From Octopus bimaculoides (Eukaryota): 64,000 nucleotides of DNA. Of this stretch, positions 48,870 through 62,781 are shown piece after piece. The notes beneath the pieces were generated by a model. It searched no databases, was not told where the DNA came from, and saw nothing but the letters and a program-made list of their open reading frames with translations. Positions within the stretch are counted from its first letter, which is position 1. Each line of letters opens with the position of its first letter. The position numbers were made by a program, and so were the translations under genes. The stretch lies in the NCBI RefSeq assembly GCF_001194135.2, contig NC_068986.1, positions 73,578,237 to 73,642,236 of the forward strand, given 5' to 3'.

Positions 48870-49490
48870 GTCTTTTTACTTTCTACTTGTTTCAATCATT
48901 GAACTGTGGCCATGCTGGGGCACCATCTTGGAGGGTACAGTTGAACAAATTGACCCTAGTACATTTTCTAAAGTCTGGTATTATTCTGCTGGTCTCTTTT
49001 TGCCAAACTACTAAGTTATTTTGATGTAAATAAACCTACATTGACTGTTAAGTGGTGGAGGAAGTGGGGAAAACAATGACATGCACACACACACACACAT
49101 TCACACACATGCAGACACATATACATACATACACATATACAAATACACATACATATGCACACACATTTATACACACATACATACACATACACACACACTC
49201 AAACATGCATATGCAGACATACAGACATACATACATACACACACACATACAAACATCTATACACACACAAAAACATACATACATACATACGTACATACAT
49301 ACATACATACATACATATAATATGATAGTCTCTCCCATACAGTTTCTGTCTATCAAATTCACTCACAAGGTATTGGTTTGCCGAGGGCTACAGCAGAAGA
49401 CACTTGTCCAAAGTGTCACACTGTGGGTCTGTACCTGAAACCACATTTGCAATACAAGCTGCTTAACCACACAGCTATGCCTGTGCCTAC
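48870..49490 (-). mobile_element. SINE family A with a ~245-bp compound CA/TA microsatellite
   Basis: The tail is at ~48870-49075, the repeat at 49075-49318 and the head runs to ~49490. Confidence 0.75.
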
Positions 49491-50477
49491 ATATCAGATT
49501 AAATCTATAGTCCTAACAGCAAACTGTTTGGCATGTTGCTGTATCAAGATTTCAGCATCTTTGAACAGTTTGTTCACATTAACCAACTGTCTGTTTTCAT
49601 TTAGTTATGACTAATTGTTGAATCTATTATGCATATGGAATTATCTGTCTCAAGTTACGCCATATATCTAAGCTAAAGAATATTGATTCCAGTAATATTA
49701 GACCTACTTTGATACTCTGTCATTTTTCATTCCCAGTTTTTTTTTTGTATTTTATACTACTTTAGTGAATTGCTTCTTACAAATCTTACTTCTTTATGTT
49801 ATAGTTGACACGTCAGAAATTCCAGTGAATTTGTTATGTTTACAGAAGACGTGAGTTCAAGTCCTGTGGGTAGCCTTTGACTTTTATTATCCAAAGGAAT
49901 TTTTAACTCATATTTTCATGTTATTATATATAGCTTTATCTGCTTTGAGATTCACCATTCCAAAACAGGTTGGCCATTATGTGATGACATAAGATAGCAA
50001 GCTGGCAGAATCGTTAATGCAATGGTTGAAATGCTTAGTGGCATTTTGTCTGTCTTTACGGTCTGAGTTCAAATTCTGCCAGGGTCGACTTTGCCTTGCA
50101 TCCTTTTGGGGTTGACAAAATAAGTATCAATTGAACACTGGTGTTCAATTTAATTGACTTAGCCCCTCTCCTGAACCTGCTGGTCTTGTGCGAAAATTTG
50201 AAACCATTATGTGGTTACTTGACTTGCTGGAAATAGTTACCAAATTTCTCTGAAATCACACACAGTTGTCATAGAAAAGAAATGATAATTTGGATACACT
50301 GTATCTGGAAAAAAAAGGAAAAAAAAGAAGAGAAGGTTGGTTGGTCATAGTTGTAATGCCTTTGATTATAGATATAATGGATCAGAGTTGACATGGAACT
50401 AAACAACAATATTCAACTTAACTCAATATACTTTCCTATAGAATGCAATAATATTTACTGAAACAATCACAACAATT

Positions 50478-50640
50478 AGGCGCAGGAGTGGCTGTGTGGT
50501 AAGTAGCTTGCTTAGCAACCACATGGTTCCGGGTTCAGTCCCACTATATGGCACCTTCGGCAAGTGTCTTCCACTATAGCCTCAGGCTGACAAAAGCCTC
50601 GTGAGTGGATTTGGTAGACGGAAACTGAAAGAAGCCTGTC

Positions 50641-50697
<57 letters not shown>

Positions 50698-50893
50698 TGT
50701 GTCTGTGTTTGTCCCCCCCAACATTGCTTGACAACCAATGCTGGTGCGTAACTTAGCGGTTTGGCAAAAGAGACCGATAGAATAAGTACTAGGCTTACAA
50801 AGAGTGAGTCCTGGGGTCGATTTTCTTGACTAAAGGCGGTGCTCCAGCATGGCTGGAGTCAAATGACTGAAACAAGTAAGAGAGTAAAAGAGT
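50478..50893 (+). mobile_element. SINE family A, full length
   Basis: aggcgcaggagtggctgtgtgg...gactgaaacaagtaagagagtaaaagagta. Confidence 0.9.
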
Positions 50894-51918
50894 AATTATA
50901 CTTTCTTTGCATTTACTGCATTAAAAATATTCTGAATTTTATTTGCTATCCTTTCTACATNNNNNNNNNNNNNNNNNNNNNNNNNNNNNNNNNNNNNNNN
51001 NNNNNNNNNNNNNNNNNNNNNNNNNNNNNNNNNNNNNNNNNNNNNNNNNNNNNNNNNNNNNNNNNNNNNNNNNNNNNNNNNNNNNNNNNNNNNNNNNNNN
51101 NNNNNNNNNNNNNNNNNNNNNNNNNNNNNNNNNNNNNNNNNNNNNNNNNNNNNNNNNNNNNNNNNNNNNNNNNNNNNNNNNNNNNNNNNNNNNNNNNNNN
51201 NNNNNNNNNNNNNNNNNNNNNNNNNNNNNNNNNNNNNNNNNNNNNNNNNNNNNNNNNNNNNNNNNNNNNNNNNNNNNNNNNNNNNNNNNNNNNNNNNNNN
51301 NNNNNNNNNNNNNNNNNNNNNNNNNNNNNNNNNNNNNNNNNNNNNNNNNNNNNNNNNNNNNNNNNNNNNNNNNNNNNNNNNNNNNNNNNNNNNNNNNNNN
51401 NNNNNNNNNNNNNNNNNNNNNNNNNNNNNNNNNNNNNNNNNNNNNNNNNNNNNNNNNNNNNNNNNNNNNNNNNNNNNNNNNNNNNNNNNNNNNNNNNNNN
51501 NNNNNNNNNNNNNNNNNNNNNNNNNNNNNNNNNNNNNNNNNNNNNNNNNNNNNNNNNNNNNNNNNNNNNNNNNNNNNNNNNNNNNNNNNNNNNNNNNNNN
51601 NNNNNNNNNNNNNNNNNNNNNNNNNNNNNNNNNNNNNNNNNNNNNNNNNNNNNNNNNNNNNNNNNNNNNNNNNNNNNNNNNNNNNNNNNNNNNNNNNNNN
51701 NNNNNNNNNNNNNNNNNNNNNNNNNNNNNNNNNNNNNNNNNNNNNNNNNNNNNNNNNNNNNNNNNNNNNNNNNNNNNNNNNNNNNNNNNNNNNNNNNNNN
51801 NNNNNNNNNNNNNNNNNNNNNNNNNNNNNNNNNNNNNNNNNNNNNNNNNNNNNNNNNNNNNNNNNNNNNNNNNNNNNNNNNNNNNNNNNNNNNNNNNNNN
51901 NNNNNNNNNNNNNNNNNN

Positions 51919-51961
<43 letters not shown>

Positions 51962-52639
51962 TTATGACAAGAATAGCTGGCTAAAGAAGTGCAGATCTGT
52001 AACTTTAAAATATCCTCCAGTATGTGTATGATGGAACATAGAACATTTGTTTTTTCCACAAAATCATATTCATCATCATCATCAACACTTAATGTCCGTT
52101 TTCCATGCTGGTATAGATTGGACAGTTTGACTGAAGCTGGTAAGAGCAGAAGTCACACCAAGCTTTTTTGTCTGTTTTGGCATGCTTTCTATGGCTGGAT
52201 GCCCTTCCTAATGCTAACTACTTCACAAAGTGTACTGAGTGCTTTTAGCATGATGCCAGCACAGTGTGGCACCAGCATACAGATATACTTGTAAAACGGA
52301 AGTGCATCCTATGCAAAATGCATCTTATATGCTGGCAAATTTGTTAATCTTCAACTATCAATTTGCTTGTTGGCAAGCATGGAAATAAAAATAAATAAAT
52401 GTTTAGATATAAGGTAAGAAATTAGACTTTAGGGGACTGGTTTTAATAAAATTCCGCAAACACTCTGAGGTTTTGTCTCTTCAAATCTGGATTTGTGTTG
52501 GAATGTCATAATGTCAGATGCTGTGATGGATTAGATTTGAGTCGTAGTTTATAATGGGAAAATATGTTGGATTTTTCTTCTAAATAATTCCGTAGAGATT
52601 TCTCTGTGGACAATTCAAATTTTCTATTGCATTGCTGTA

Positions 52640-52730
52640 ATGCACGTGAGTGTGTGTGTATGTGCAAGAGAGTATGTGTATGCAATACAAGTGTGTATAT
52701 GTGCATGTCTGTGTGTATGTATGTATGTGC

Positions 52731-52765
<35 letters not shown>

Positions 52766-53101
52766 TATGTGTGTGTATTATTGTGTCTGGGGAGAGTCTT
52801 TCTGTTTTAATACCTTATTAATTAACACACTCACCGGTTCGATTTCCACTCATTTGCCTATTTTTTCTAAATTTTTTGTTATTTCTTGCAACCTCTTCAA
52901 TAGTTGTTGACTCCATCCATTATCGGAGCTGCGTTCTTTTTGTTTGTTTATTTGTACACATGTGTGTGCATCAGTGCATGTGTACACACATATGTATGTA
53001 TGTATTCAATTATATGTATGTATGTATGTATGTGTGTGTATGCATATATATATGTATGCATGTGTGTATGTTTGTAATTATATATGTATTCTGCATATTC
53101 A

Positions 53102-53145
<44 letters not shown>

Positions 53146-53400
53146 TGTGCATACCTTTGTCTCCTTGTGTATGTGCATGTTTTAGTCTGTCTATGTGTAT
53201 GGATTTGTGTGACTATGCACATGCATCTGTTATGTATGGAAGTGTGTCTCCATATATATGTGTGTGTGTTTGTGTGTGTGTTTGTGTGTGTTTGTGTGTG
53301 TGTGTGTGTGCATGCATGTGTGTGTGTATATATATATATGGTTGTATATATATATGTGTGTGTGTGTATGGTGTGTGTATATATCTATACATGTGTATAT
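52640..53400. repeat. Long compound (TG)/(TA)/(TATG) low-complexity tract
   Basis: Directly visible; it is the source of the spurious V/C/Y-rich ORFs. Confidence 0.9.
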
Positions 53401-54354
53401 GCAATTGTTTGTTTTTTTATTGTAGCTGTTATATTTTCATTTGGAATTAGTTTAAAATCCAGTTTGGGAATTATTCAATATCTCTTGTGTATTAAAGATA
53501 TTTTATGTATTTTAAAAATCAATATGTTTACTGATGTTGTCTGTTTTGAATGTTTGAATGTTTGAGGTGAGCGATAAGTGCAAATGGATTATTTTTGGTT
53601 GATTAATCTCTCCATTCTTTTTCTGACCTTACCAACCTAACATTACTACAAAATGATCCATTTAATGGTGGTTGCAGGTCAAAAAGGTTACAGATTTATA
53701 ATTTTTCAATTCGGTTGCTAGTTCATAGAATTTGAAAAAAATCGTATTTAATCTTTAAGATTTGTTTGTTTCTCAGTTGCATAGCTTTGAAATGTTTCCT
53801 GTTCCAATGTTTCCATTGATTTCACCATTTTGTACCATTCAGAGTGTTGCTTTTTCATTGTTCTGTAAAAATCTTAAGTTTAGCTTCATATATTCTTTGG
53901 TGTTCTCTTATTTGTTTCTGTCTTTGGACCGTGGCCATGCTAGTGCACCACCTTGAATGTTTTGTACCTTTTATCATCTTTTACTTGTTTCAGTCATAGA
54001 AGTGCGGCTATGCTGGAGCACTACTTTGAAGAGTTTAGTTGAAAAAAACAATCCCATAACTCATTATTTTTTAAGTATGGTATTCTGTCAGTCTCTTTTG
54101 CCACACTTACTATGTTACAGGGATGTAAATAAACCAACACTAGATGTCAAGCAGTGAAATGGGTACATACACACACACGCACACACACACACACAAATCA
54201 ATATAAACAGCTAGGCACAATGTGATACCATAAAGGAAAAATTCAATCATCACTAAGGGTGCTGATGCACCTACATTGCTAGAAATAAGAGTTAAAATGC
54301 TCTTAATACTATAGGAAGAGTGCAGATACACACATGCTGATAGGGGAGGCAACC

Positions 54355-54436
54355 ACCTCATGCCAACCACCCTATGTCAACCACCCCATGCCAATCACCC
54401 CATGCCAATCACCCCATGCCAATCACCCCATGCCAA
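54355..54436. repeat. 14-bp tandem repeat (CATGCCAATCACCC)n, about 5-6 units
   Basis: Directly visible. Confidence 0.85.
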
Positions 54437-54867
54437 GATCCACAGACTAGACAGCTGGTTTCATCTGTTCTGTAGACATTGTCAGTGAAGACTGCTCGAA
54501 TGACACACGTTTAACAAATTATATCTGTCACACACACATACACGCACACACACACGCATGTGCACACGATGGGCTTTCAGTTTCTGTGTAACAAGTCCAC
54601 TCACAAGGCTCTGAACAGCTTGAGGCTATAGAGGAAAACGCTTCCCCTTGCCCAGAATTGACAAGGGTGCCCCATGAAAAGCACCTGTCCTGGTGCTGTG
54701 TAAATGTAAAATGCACCCAGCACACTCTGTGATGTGGCTGGTGTTATAGAAACCATGCCACAACAGAAAATTGGGGTCTGGACAGCTCCCAGCTGGCCAG
54801 CTTCATGTCAAACCTTCAAACCCATGCTAGCATGGGAAAACAGATGTTAAACGATGATGATATATAT

Positions 54868-55208
54868 ACAGGAGTGGCTGTGTGGTAAGTAGCTTGCTTA
54901 CCAACCACATGGTTCTGGGTTCATTCCCACTGCGTGGCACCTTTGGGCAGGTGTCTTCTACTATAGCTTCGGGCCGACCAAAGCCTTGTGAGTGGATTTG
55001 GTAGACGGAAACTGAAAGAAGCCTGTCGTATATATGTATATATATATATATATATACATGTATGTGTGTGTATGTTTGTGTGTCTGTGTTTGTCCCCCAA
55101 CATCGCTTGACAACCGATGGTGGTGTGTTTACGTCCCCATAACTTAGCGGTTCGGCAAAAGAGACCGATTGAATAAGTACTAGGCTTCCAAAGAATAAGT
55201 CCCGGCGT
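54868..55208 (+). mobile_element. SINE family A, running into a gap
   Basis: Head caggagtggctgtgtggtaagtagc through aagaataagtcc; preceded by an RTE tail ending ~54860. Confidence 0.85.
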
Positions 55209-55290
55209 NNNNNNNNNNNNNNNNNNNNNNNNNNNNNNNNNNNNNNNNNNNNNNNNNNNNNNNNNNNNNNNNNNNNNNNNNNNNNNNNNN

Positions 55291-55353
<63 letters not shown>

Positions 55354-56204
55354 TATATACTTTCACATATAAAAAGCGTATAATATTATACACTTTCTAT
55401 ATATGAAAATATGTAGTCTATTGACTTTTATTACGCATGCTAGCCACCGGTATGAAATTTTTCTAAATTTTTTACCTTTTTAATTTTCACAGTACACACA
55501 CACACACATTCTCACTCACTAACACTTTATTTGTAAGTTAACCAGGCTAGCATTGGTTTCATGTTAAGAGATATCTCTCTTAACAATTATCAAGCTTGTC
55601 ACACATTGGTTTGCTTACATACCTATAACTTAGTGGTTCACCAAAAGAGAATGATAGAATAAGTACCAGACTTAAAAAATGAAAAAAAAAAATGTATTAG
55701 AGGGTATTTAAACGTATTAGAGGCAGTGCTCCAGTATGACTGCAGCCCAATGTTTAAAACAAGTAAAATATAAAAGAGAAATCAGTTACCCCATGCCACC
55801 ACCCCTGCCCCCACCCCACCCTGCAAGTGCTATAAAAATAAGTGTAAAGCAGTAAAATAAAAATAACAAAAACGTTGTTAGCAGATTCAAATTTTCTAGC
55901 ATTCATTGATCTTTAGAAATACAGTGATTTGGTAATTTATCCAAAATTCTGTCAAATGGGTTTCGGGTAAATGGTTGGAATCATTAGTCTGTCAGACAGA
56001 ATACTTTGTGGGATTTAGTCGTGATGTTCTGAGTTTATTTATACCAAAATCAACTTAGCTTTTAATCCTTCCAGGGTAGAAAGAATAAAGGGCTGTGACT
56101 ACAGTGATATTGTTTCTATAGAAAGTCTGGACTATAGTGGTTGTTCATATAGTGAGGCTGACAGTGTAGTGACACTGTAATTGTAGTAATACTGTGAACG
56201 TAGT

Positions 56205-56875
56205 AAGGCAGTGAGCTGGTAGAAACGTTAGCATGCCAGTTGAAATGCTTAGCGGTATTTCGTCTGTCTTTACGTTCCGAGTTCAAATTCCACCAAGGTC
56301 AACTTAGCCTTTCATCTTTTCAAGGTCGATAAATAAATTACCAGTTGCGTACTGGAGTCAATGTAATCGACTGGCCCCCTCACCCAAAATTTCAGGCTCT
56401 GTGCCTAGAGTAGAAGAGATTCTATAACAATCTTTAAAGGTGGCGAGCTGGCAGAAACATTAGCACGCTGGGTGAAATGGTAAATGGTATTTTGTCTGTC
56501 TTTATGTTCTGAGTTCAAATTCTGCCGAGGTCGACTTTGCCTCTCATCCTTTCAGGGTCGATAAATTAAGTACCAGTTACACACTGGGGTCGATGTAATC
56601 GACTTAATCCATTTGTCTGCCCTTGTTTGTCCCCTCTATGTTTAGCCCTTGTGGGCTATAAAGAAATAAGAAACATTAGCACGCTGGGTGAAATGCTAAG
56701 TGGTATTTTGTCTGACTTTATGTTCTGAGTTCAAATTCTGCCGAGGTCGACTTTGCCTTTCATCCTTTCAGGGTCGATAAATTAAGTACCAGTTGCATGC
56801 TGGGGATAATTCAAATCAATGGTTCCCCTCCCCACAAAAATTTCGGGTTTTGTGCCTAGAGTAGAAAAGAATACT
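56205..56875 (+). mobile_element. Three head-to-tail Meta-domain SINEs (~56205-56420, ~56437-56672, ~56673-56875)
   Basis: Each has gttcaaattc...ggtcgactttgcctttcatcctttcagggtcgataaattaagtaccag. The tails differ between copies and the third lacks most of the head. Confidence 0.85.
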
Positions 56876-57330
56876 GTGAATGTAGTAATGTTGTGACTGT
56901 AGTGCACTTGTGACTAGTAATGCTGTGATTGTACTGAAGCTGTGATTGTATTGAAGCCATGACTGTAGTAAAGCTGTGACTAGTGAGGCTGTGACTGTAG
57001 TGATGTGACTGTGATAAAGCTGTGACTAGTAAGGCTGTGATTGTATTAAACTGTGATCGTAGTGAGGCTATGACTGTAGTAATGTTGTGACTGGAAATGC
57101 TGCGATTGTTTTAAGGCTGTGACTAGTTAAACTGTGACTGCAGTGTTTGCATACAGTGAGGCTGTGGTGAAAGAGGTGTGACTATAGTGAGACTGTGGCT
57201 GTAGCAAGACTGTGACTTCTGATTGTGACTGTAGTTAGGCTTTGACTTCTGATTGTGACTGCATTAGTCAGTCACTTGTGAGTCTGTAAGTGTAATGAGA
57301 CTACAATAAGGCTGTAATTGTGGTGGCTGT
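56876..57330. repeat. Degenerate ~17-bp minisatellite (GTGACTGTAGTRAGGCT-like), also at ~56095-56200
   Basis: Recurrent tgtgactgtagt and gctgtga units. Confidence 0.8.
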
Positions 57331-57459
57331 GTTACTTTATTAAGTTGGGTATATTTAACTATGTTGACTCTCACTAAATATACATTTACATGGAATCAAT
57401 TTACATGGAATCAATTTACATTAAAGTGTTTTGTATAACTTATCTGCTCTAGTATCTTT

Positions 57460-57890
57460 CCTGGTACATGTGTGCTCACCTTTCTCTCTCTCTCTCTGCT
57501 CTCCTGGGACCATCTTCTACTATGTCTCTCCTTACCTCCCCCCTTGGTGCACCTTCTACTGCTACCTCTCTCTTAACCACATTCTCTTTCTTCTCTTTGT
57601 TTCCTCTCCTTATTACACTATGTATTGTTACTTCTCTTTTGACTTCTTTCTTATACACACATCTATTGTTACCCTGTCCTCACCCTTCTTCCTAACACAC
57701 AATTTACTCTTCTTTTCCTATCTCTTTCTTCTCCTTGGCTCTATTTCTTATATAATATGTACTACTACCTCTCCTTACCACCTCTTCCTTCCACACAATC
57801 TATGGTTACCTCTCCTTACCTCTCCTCTTCCTTCCACACATTCTCTGGCTACCTCTCTTCACTTCTCTCTTATCCTGACCTCCCTTTTTA
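57460..57890. repeat. Polypyrimidine (CT-rich) low-complexity tract with a degenerate ~40-bp repeat
   Basis: tacctctccttacc...tcttccttccacaca recurs. Confidence 0.7.
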
Positions 57891-58704
57891 TATCAGAGCT
57901 GGTAATTTTCATTGCTGATTTTTCTTTAAACATTTCCTAATTTCTTGCCGGTAAATTACACTCTTGTTTGCAATTTACTGGGATTATCATGTTCTCTGGA
58001 ATACAGACAGCAACATCATTTAACTTGGGATGGATTAGAAATGAGGTGCAGTTGAGAGGAAATGAATTCTTTAAACTCTTTAATTGCCAAACCATTTTGC
58101 TGTCATATTACTACATTTGGTGGAGCCAATCAAAGCTATTAGTTGTCAGTGGTTCATTCATTGGTCAGATAAAGCAGTAACTAGGGCGATAATGAAGTCA
58201 ATATTAGCTGTAACTGGCCAATGAAATTAGCTAAAATGAGATAGTGTTAACATAATGAACTGCAGAGAGATATAGTTTCTTTACTGTTTATTGACTCTAA
58301 CTGTGGATTTCTGACAATGTAAGCTTCAACTTGTCTGATTCTACTTGCTCAATTCTTCAGAATTCAAACATCAATATTCTATTGCTTACAAAATTATCAA
58401 TCCCAAACCAATGATTTTTTTTCTTCTTTTTTCTTTATTTTTTTCATTAAAAATAAATTTTATTATATTTTAGTATGTGCTGATTTCACAGAGATGGTAT
58501 TTTGTAAGTTACAAAACTGAAGCAATATTCCAAGGCTGTGTGTGTATGTGTGTGTGTGTGTGTGTGTATGTGTGTGTGTATGTGGGGGTTTTTTTTTAGC
58601 CCTTGGTTAGCTCTTCTTGAGTGGACTTTGATCAAAAACATTGTAGCTGTGATCGCCCTCATCATTTACTTCATAATGAAATGTCTCTTTCCTTTTTTAA
58701 GATA

Positions 58705-59078
58705 GTTCTTTTACCTTTTACTTCTTTCAGTCATTGAACTGTGCCTATGCTGGGGCAAGCCTTCAATTGAATGAATTGACCCCAGGACTTATTTTTTAAA
58801 AGTCTGCTACTTATTCCATTGGTCTCTTATACTGAACCACTAATTTATGGGAACATTAACAAACCAACACTGGATGTCACACATTAGAGGAGAATAAACA
58901 CAAAACAAACACAAAACACACATGATGAGCTTCTTTCAATTTTTGTCTACTATATCTACTTGATGGGTCTGGGGCTATAGTAGAAGACACCTGTCCAAGG
59001 TGCCATGCTATGGAATTGAACCTGAAACCATGTGGTTGGGAAGCAAACTTCTTACCACACAGCCACTCTTGCTCCTAT
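58705..59078 (-). mobile_element. SINE family A (diverged)
   Basis: Reverse-complement tail and head are both recognisable. Confidence 0.75.
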
Positions 59079-60250
59079 GGGTATATAACTCAAGTGCAAT
59101 TTGGTTGCTATTTCTAACAAAACATATGACCACATAGAGGCTCAGTTGTTGTTTGTGAAATAATGATATAAATGTGATAAATATGTGTGAACAAAAAATG
59201 GAAACCTACTTTGGTGATTGTTGCTTTAAGTATCAAACAAAAAAAAAACAAAACAAAACAAAAGGAAGAATTTGGTTTGTTAGTATTATTTACATTCTAC
59301 TGGATGTAGGAATCTTTAGAATATGTACGAATATTCCGAAATGTATGGCTTTATCTAAACAATATATTGATTGCTTTTCCACAAAAGGAAGAAGCTAGAG
59401 ACTATTTATTCATACTCTCTGTTGCTAGCATTGCTTGAATGGGACAATATTACTGGAAATGGTATTATGCAGATAGATGTATTTTTTGTTTTCTCCTTTT
59501 CTCCCAGTATAGACTGTTTTATGATAATATGGGCACTGGTACCTATTTTCCACTTCAGTAAACTGAGAAGTAAGTCAAGTACATGTTTCTTTGCCTTAGG
59601 ACATTGCAAATAGAGTATCATATAAATAAACAGCAGCTCTCTATCTTTTCATTAAGGACAATGGACTGTTTTGAAGAAGGCTGATGAAGAAATAGGTTGG
59701 CAAAATACTATATATTATATTAATTAAAAGAGAGAGAGAGAGAGAGAGAGAGATAAATATTGGAAATTGGAGAAAGTGATACAGTGGAACACTTACTACA
59801 ACGAATCATTGAGGGAGCCACAATATGATCGCTTTATTTGCTAGAAATAACAGCCAAATCTTTCGCAAGTTGTGCCTTGTTGTGAAAACTGAGGGGTCAC
59901 ATTGAATAATGTTGTCCTATGCATTGCTTATGTGAAGTGATAGGATGATCAGGACTCAAATGCCCTTGATTATAGGGTTTGCTAGGTCAGAAATGACCTG
60001 GGGTTAAACAACAACAATAGCAACAACAACAGTGAAGCATGAAGCTTTGAGTTCAAATTTTGTCAGTGTCCAACCATCAACATGCTGGGAACTGGGAATA
60101 AATTCTTCTATCCTATGAAAGTTGATATTGTGCTTAATGAAAAGGATTCATTAAAAGTCTTTGATGGACTGCTGTCTTGATGTTACATTAAAGTAATACT
60201 ACAGTAAGACATAAGACAGTGCTACAGTAAAAAAAAAAAGACAAATCTGT

Positions 60251-60636
60251 GTTTTGTTGGCACTCCGTCGCTTATGATGTCGAGGGTTCCAGTTGATCCG
60301 ATCAACGGAACAGCCTGCTCGTGAAATTAACATGCAAGTGGCTGAGCACTCCACAGACACGTGTACCCTTAATGTAGTTCTCGGGGATATTCAGCGTGAC
60401 GCAGTGTGACAAGGCTGACCCTTTGAATTACAGGCACAACAGAAAGAGGAAGTAAGAGTGAGAGAAAGTTGTGGTGGAAGAGTACAGCAGGGTTCGCCAC
60501 TATCCCCTCCCAGAGCCTTGCGGAGCTTTTGGTGTTTTCGCTCAATAAACACTCACAACACCCGGTCTGGGAATCGAAACCACGATCCTATGACCGCGAG
60601 TCTGCTGCCCTAACCACTGGGCCATTGCGCCTCCAC
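60251..60636 (-). mobile_element. SINE family B with a perfect 12-bp TSD
   Basis: TSD agacaaatctgt at 60239-60250 and 60637-60648. Confidence 0.93.
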
Positions 60637-60684
60637 AGACAAATCTGTAATAAGAAAAGAACTACAGTACTACAGTAAGACGAT

Positions 60685-61015
60685 GTGAAGGCGCATGGCT
60701 CAATAGTTTGAACACCAGGCTTAAAATCATGAGGTAGTGAGTTTGATTCCTTGACCGGGTTGTGTGTTGTGTTCTTGAGCAAGACACTTTATTTCACATT
60801 GCTCCAGTTCACTCAGCTGTAGAAATGAGTTGACATCACTGGTGCCAAGCTGTATCAGCCTTTGCCTTAGCCTTGGATAACATCAGTCATGTGGAGAGGG
60901 GAGGCTGGTATGCATGGGTGACTGCTGGTCTTCCACAAGCAATCTTGCTTGAACTTGTGCCTCGAAGGGGAACTTTCTAGGAGCAATCCCATAGTCATTC
61001 ATGATTGAAGGAGGT
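60685..61015 (+). mobile_element. SINE family C
   Basis: gtgaaggcgcatggctcaatag...gtgttcttgagcaagacact...cattcatgattgaagg. Confidence 0.85.
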
Positions 61016-61315
61016 CTTTTTTTTTTTTAATCGTATGATGACTAATGTTGTATTACATGTTGATATGTTATATGAAGATAAATGAAGTGTATTATGATCT
61101 GAGTCAGAATGTTCAACTGCCTCACTGAATTAATATTGATGTGTGATTGGAGTAGTTTGGTCCTCTTCTTTGACAACTTGTTCCATTTTGATAATGGTTA
61201 CAGCACGAGTCAACATACATGAGGAATATTGCAGACTCAATATAGTTTACTACTCTGTGTCCATGCAAGTTCAGTGGAGCAGTTAGATTCGTATTACATT
61301 TAAAGAGATTTTCAT

Positions 61316-61730
61316 AGGTGCAGGAGTGGCTGTGTGGTAAGTAGCTTGCTTATCAACCACATGGTTCCAGGTTCAGTCCCACTGTGTGGCACCTTCGGCA
61401 AGTGTCTTCTACTATAGCCTCGGGCCGACCAAAGCCTTGTGAGTGGATTTGGTAGACGGAAGCTGAAAGAAGCCCGTTGTATATATGTATGCATATATGT
61501 ATGTGTGTGTATATGTTTTGTATGTCTGTGTTTGTTCCCTCAACTTCACTTGACAACCGATGCTGGTATGTTTACGTCCCCATAATTTAGCGGTTCAGCA
61601 AAAAGAGGCCGATGGAATAAGTACTAGGCTTACAAAGAATAAGTCCTGGGGTCGATTTGCTCGACTAAAGGCGCTGCTCCAACATGGTTGCAGTTAAATG
61701 ACTGAAACAAGTAAAAGATTAAAAGAGTAC
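61316..61730 (+). mobile_element. SINE family A, full length
   Basis: Complete head, microsatellite and gtaaaagattaaaagagta tail. Confidence 0.9.
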
Positions 61731-62587
61731 TAGAAAACTGTACATTTTTTATACTGTATGTCCATCACAATAATGCTGTATAGGTGTATTTTGTTATGAA
61801 ACAATGACCGGTGGTAAGTTCTCAAAGTGTGTCCAATCAGAATTAATGTTTTTAATTGTACAAATCAAGAGAATAGTAAATGTGAACTGATGTTAGACTG
61901 TAACCATAGTAACAATAAAAAGTTGGAGGGAATTTTTTATTTATTTGATAATTATTTGTGATTATCAATTATTAAGAATTAAGAGGAAGCACATATTTGA
62001 TCAGAAACATATAAATGGCAGCATCTAAATTGTATAATAATCAAATTGAATACATAAATCAATGGTGCTGCTGCTGCTACTGCTGATGTTAATGATATAT
62101 AGCTAATTACACTAAGTGCGATATAATACATAAATATAATGTGCTGTTACATTGTGAATCCTCATCACTTAAGTTGATAATTAATAATAAATTAATTAAT
62201 ATATTACAATTTAATTAACAAGCAGTACAAAGGCCCTGTAGCATTGGTGGAGAGAATCCTTGGTTGAAATACGGAAGGAATTCAATACCTGCCTGAGAGT
62301 GGATTCATTAAATACAAAATAGATTGTTTTTGTTTAATCCTAAGCCAGTTCTGATCAAACAAATGTACTGAGACATTCCAACTATGACCAGCCGGTCTGT
62401 TTAGATACATTTAATACTATGTTGTCTAATGTGATCTTCCACAGTAAGTTGTGATATGAGAAATATTTGGTTACTACTTGTAGCAGATGGAGTGACTAAG
62501 TTAAGAATAGGAGCCTTTTTACTATTAAGGGTGAAATGTAAGTTCATAAGAATTTGAGTGAGTGAATGAATTTTTGATTTTACATAT

Positions 62588-62748
62588 AGGTGTAGGCATG
62601 GCTATATGTGAAGAAATTTGCTTTCCAATCACATGGTTCCAAGTTCAGTTCCACTGTGTGGCACCTTGAGCAACTGCCTTCTACTATAACTTGCGAGTGG
62701 GTTTGGGAGATGAAAACTTAAAAACATCTGTTGTGTGTGCGTGTGTAT

Positions 62749-62781
<33 letters not shown>

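Noticed and set aside
52876-53565. 229-aa and 168-aa V/C/Y/H/T-rich ORFs, and similar ones at 8830, 49052 and elsewhere
   Set aside because: They are translations of (TG)/(CA)/(TA) repeats, which lack stop codons in some frames.
57431-57940. 169-aa hydrophobic ORF
   Set aside because: It is the translation of a CT-rich low-complexity tract, with no domain features or splice support.
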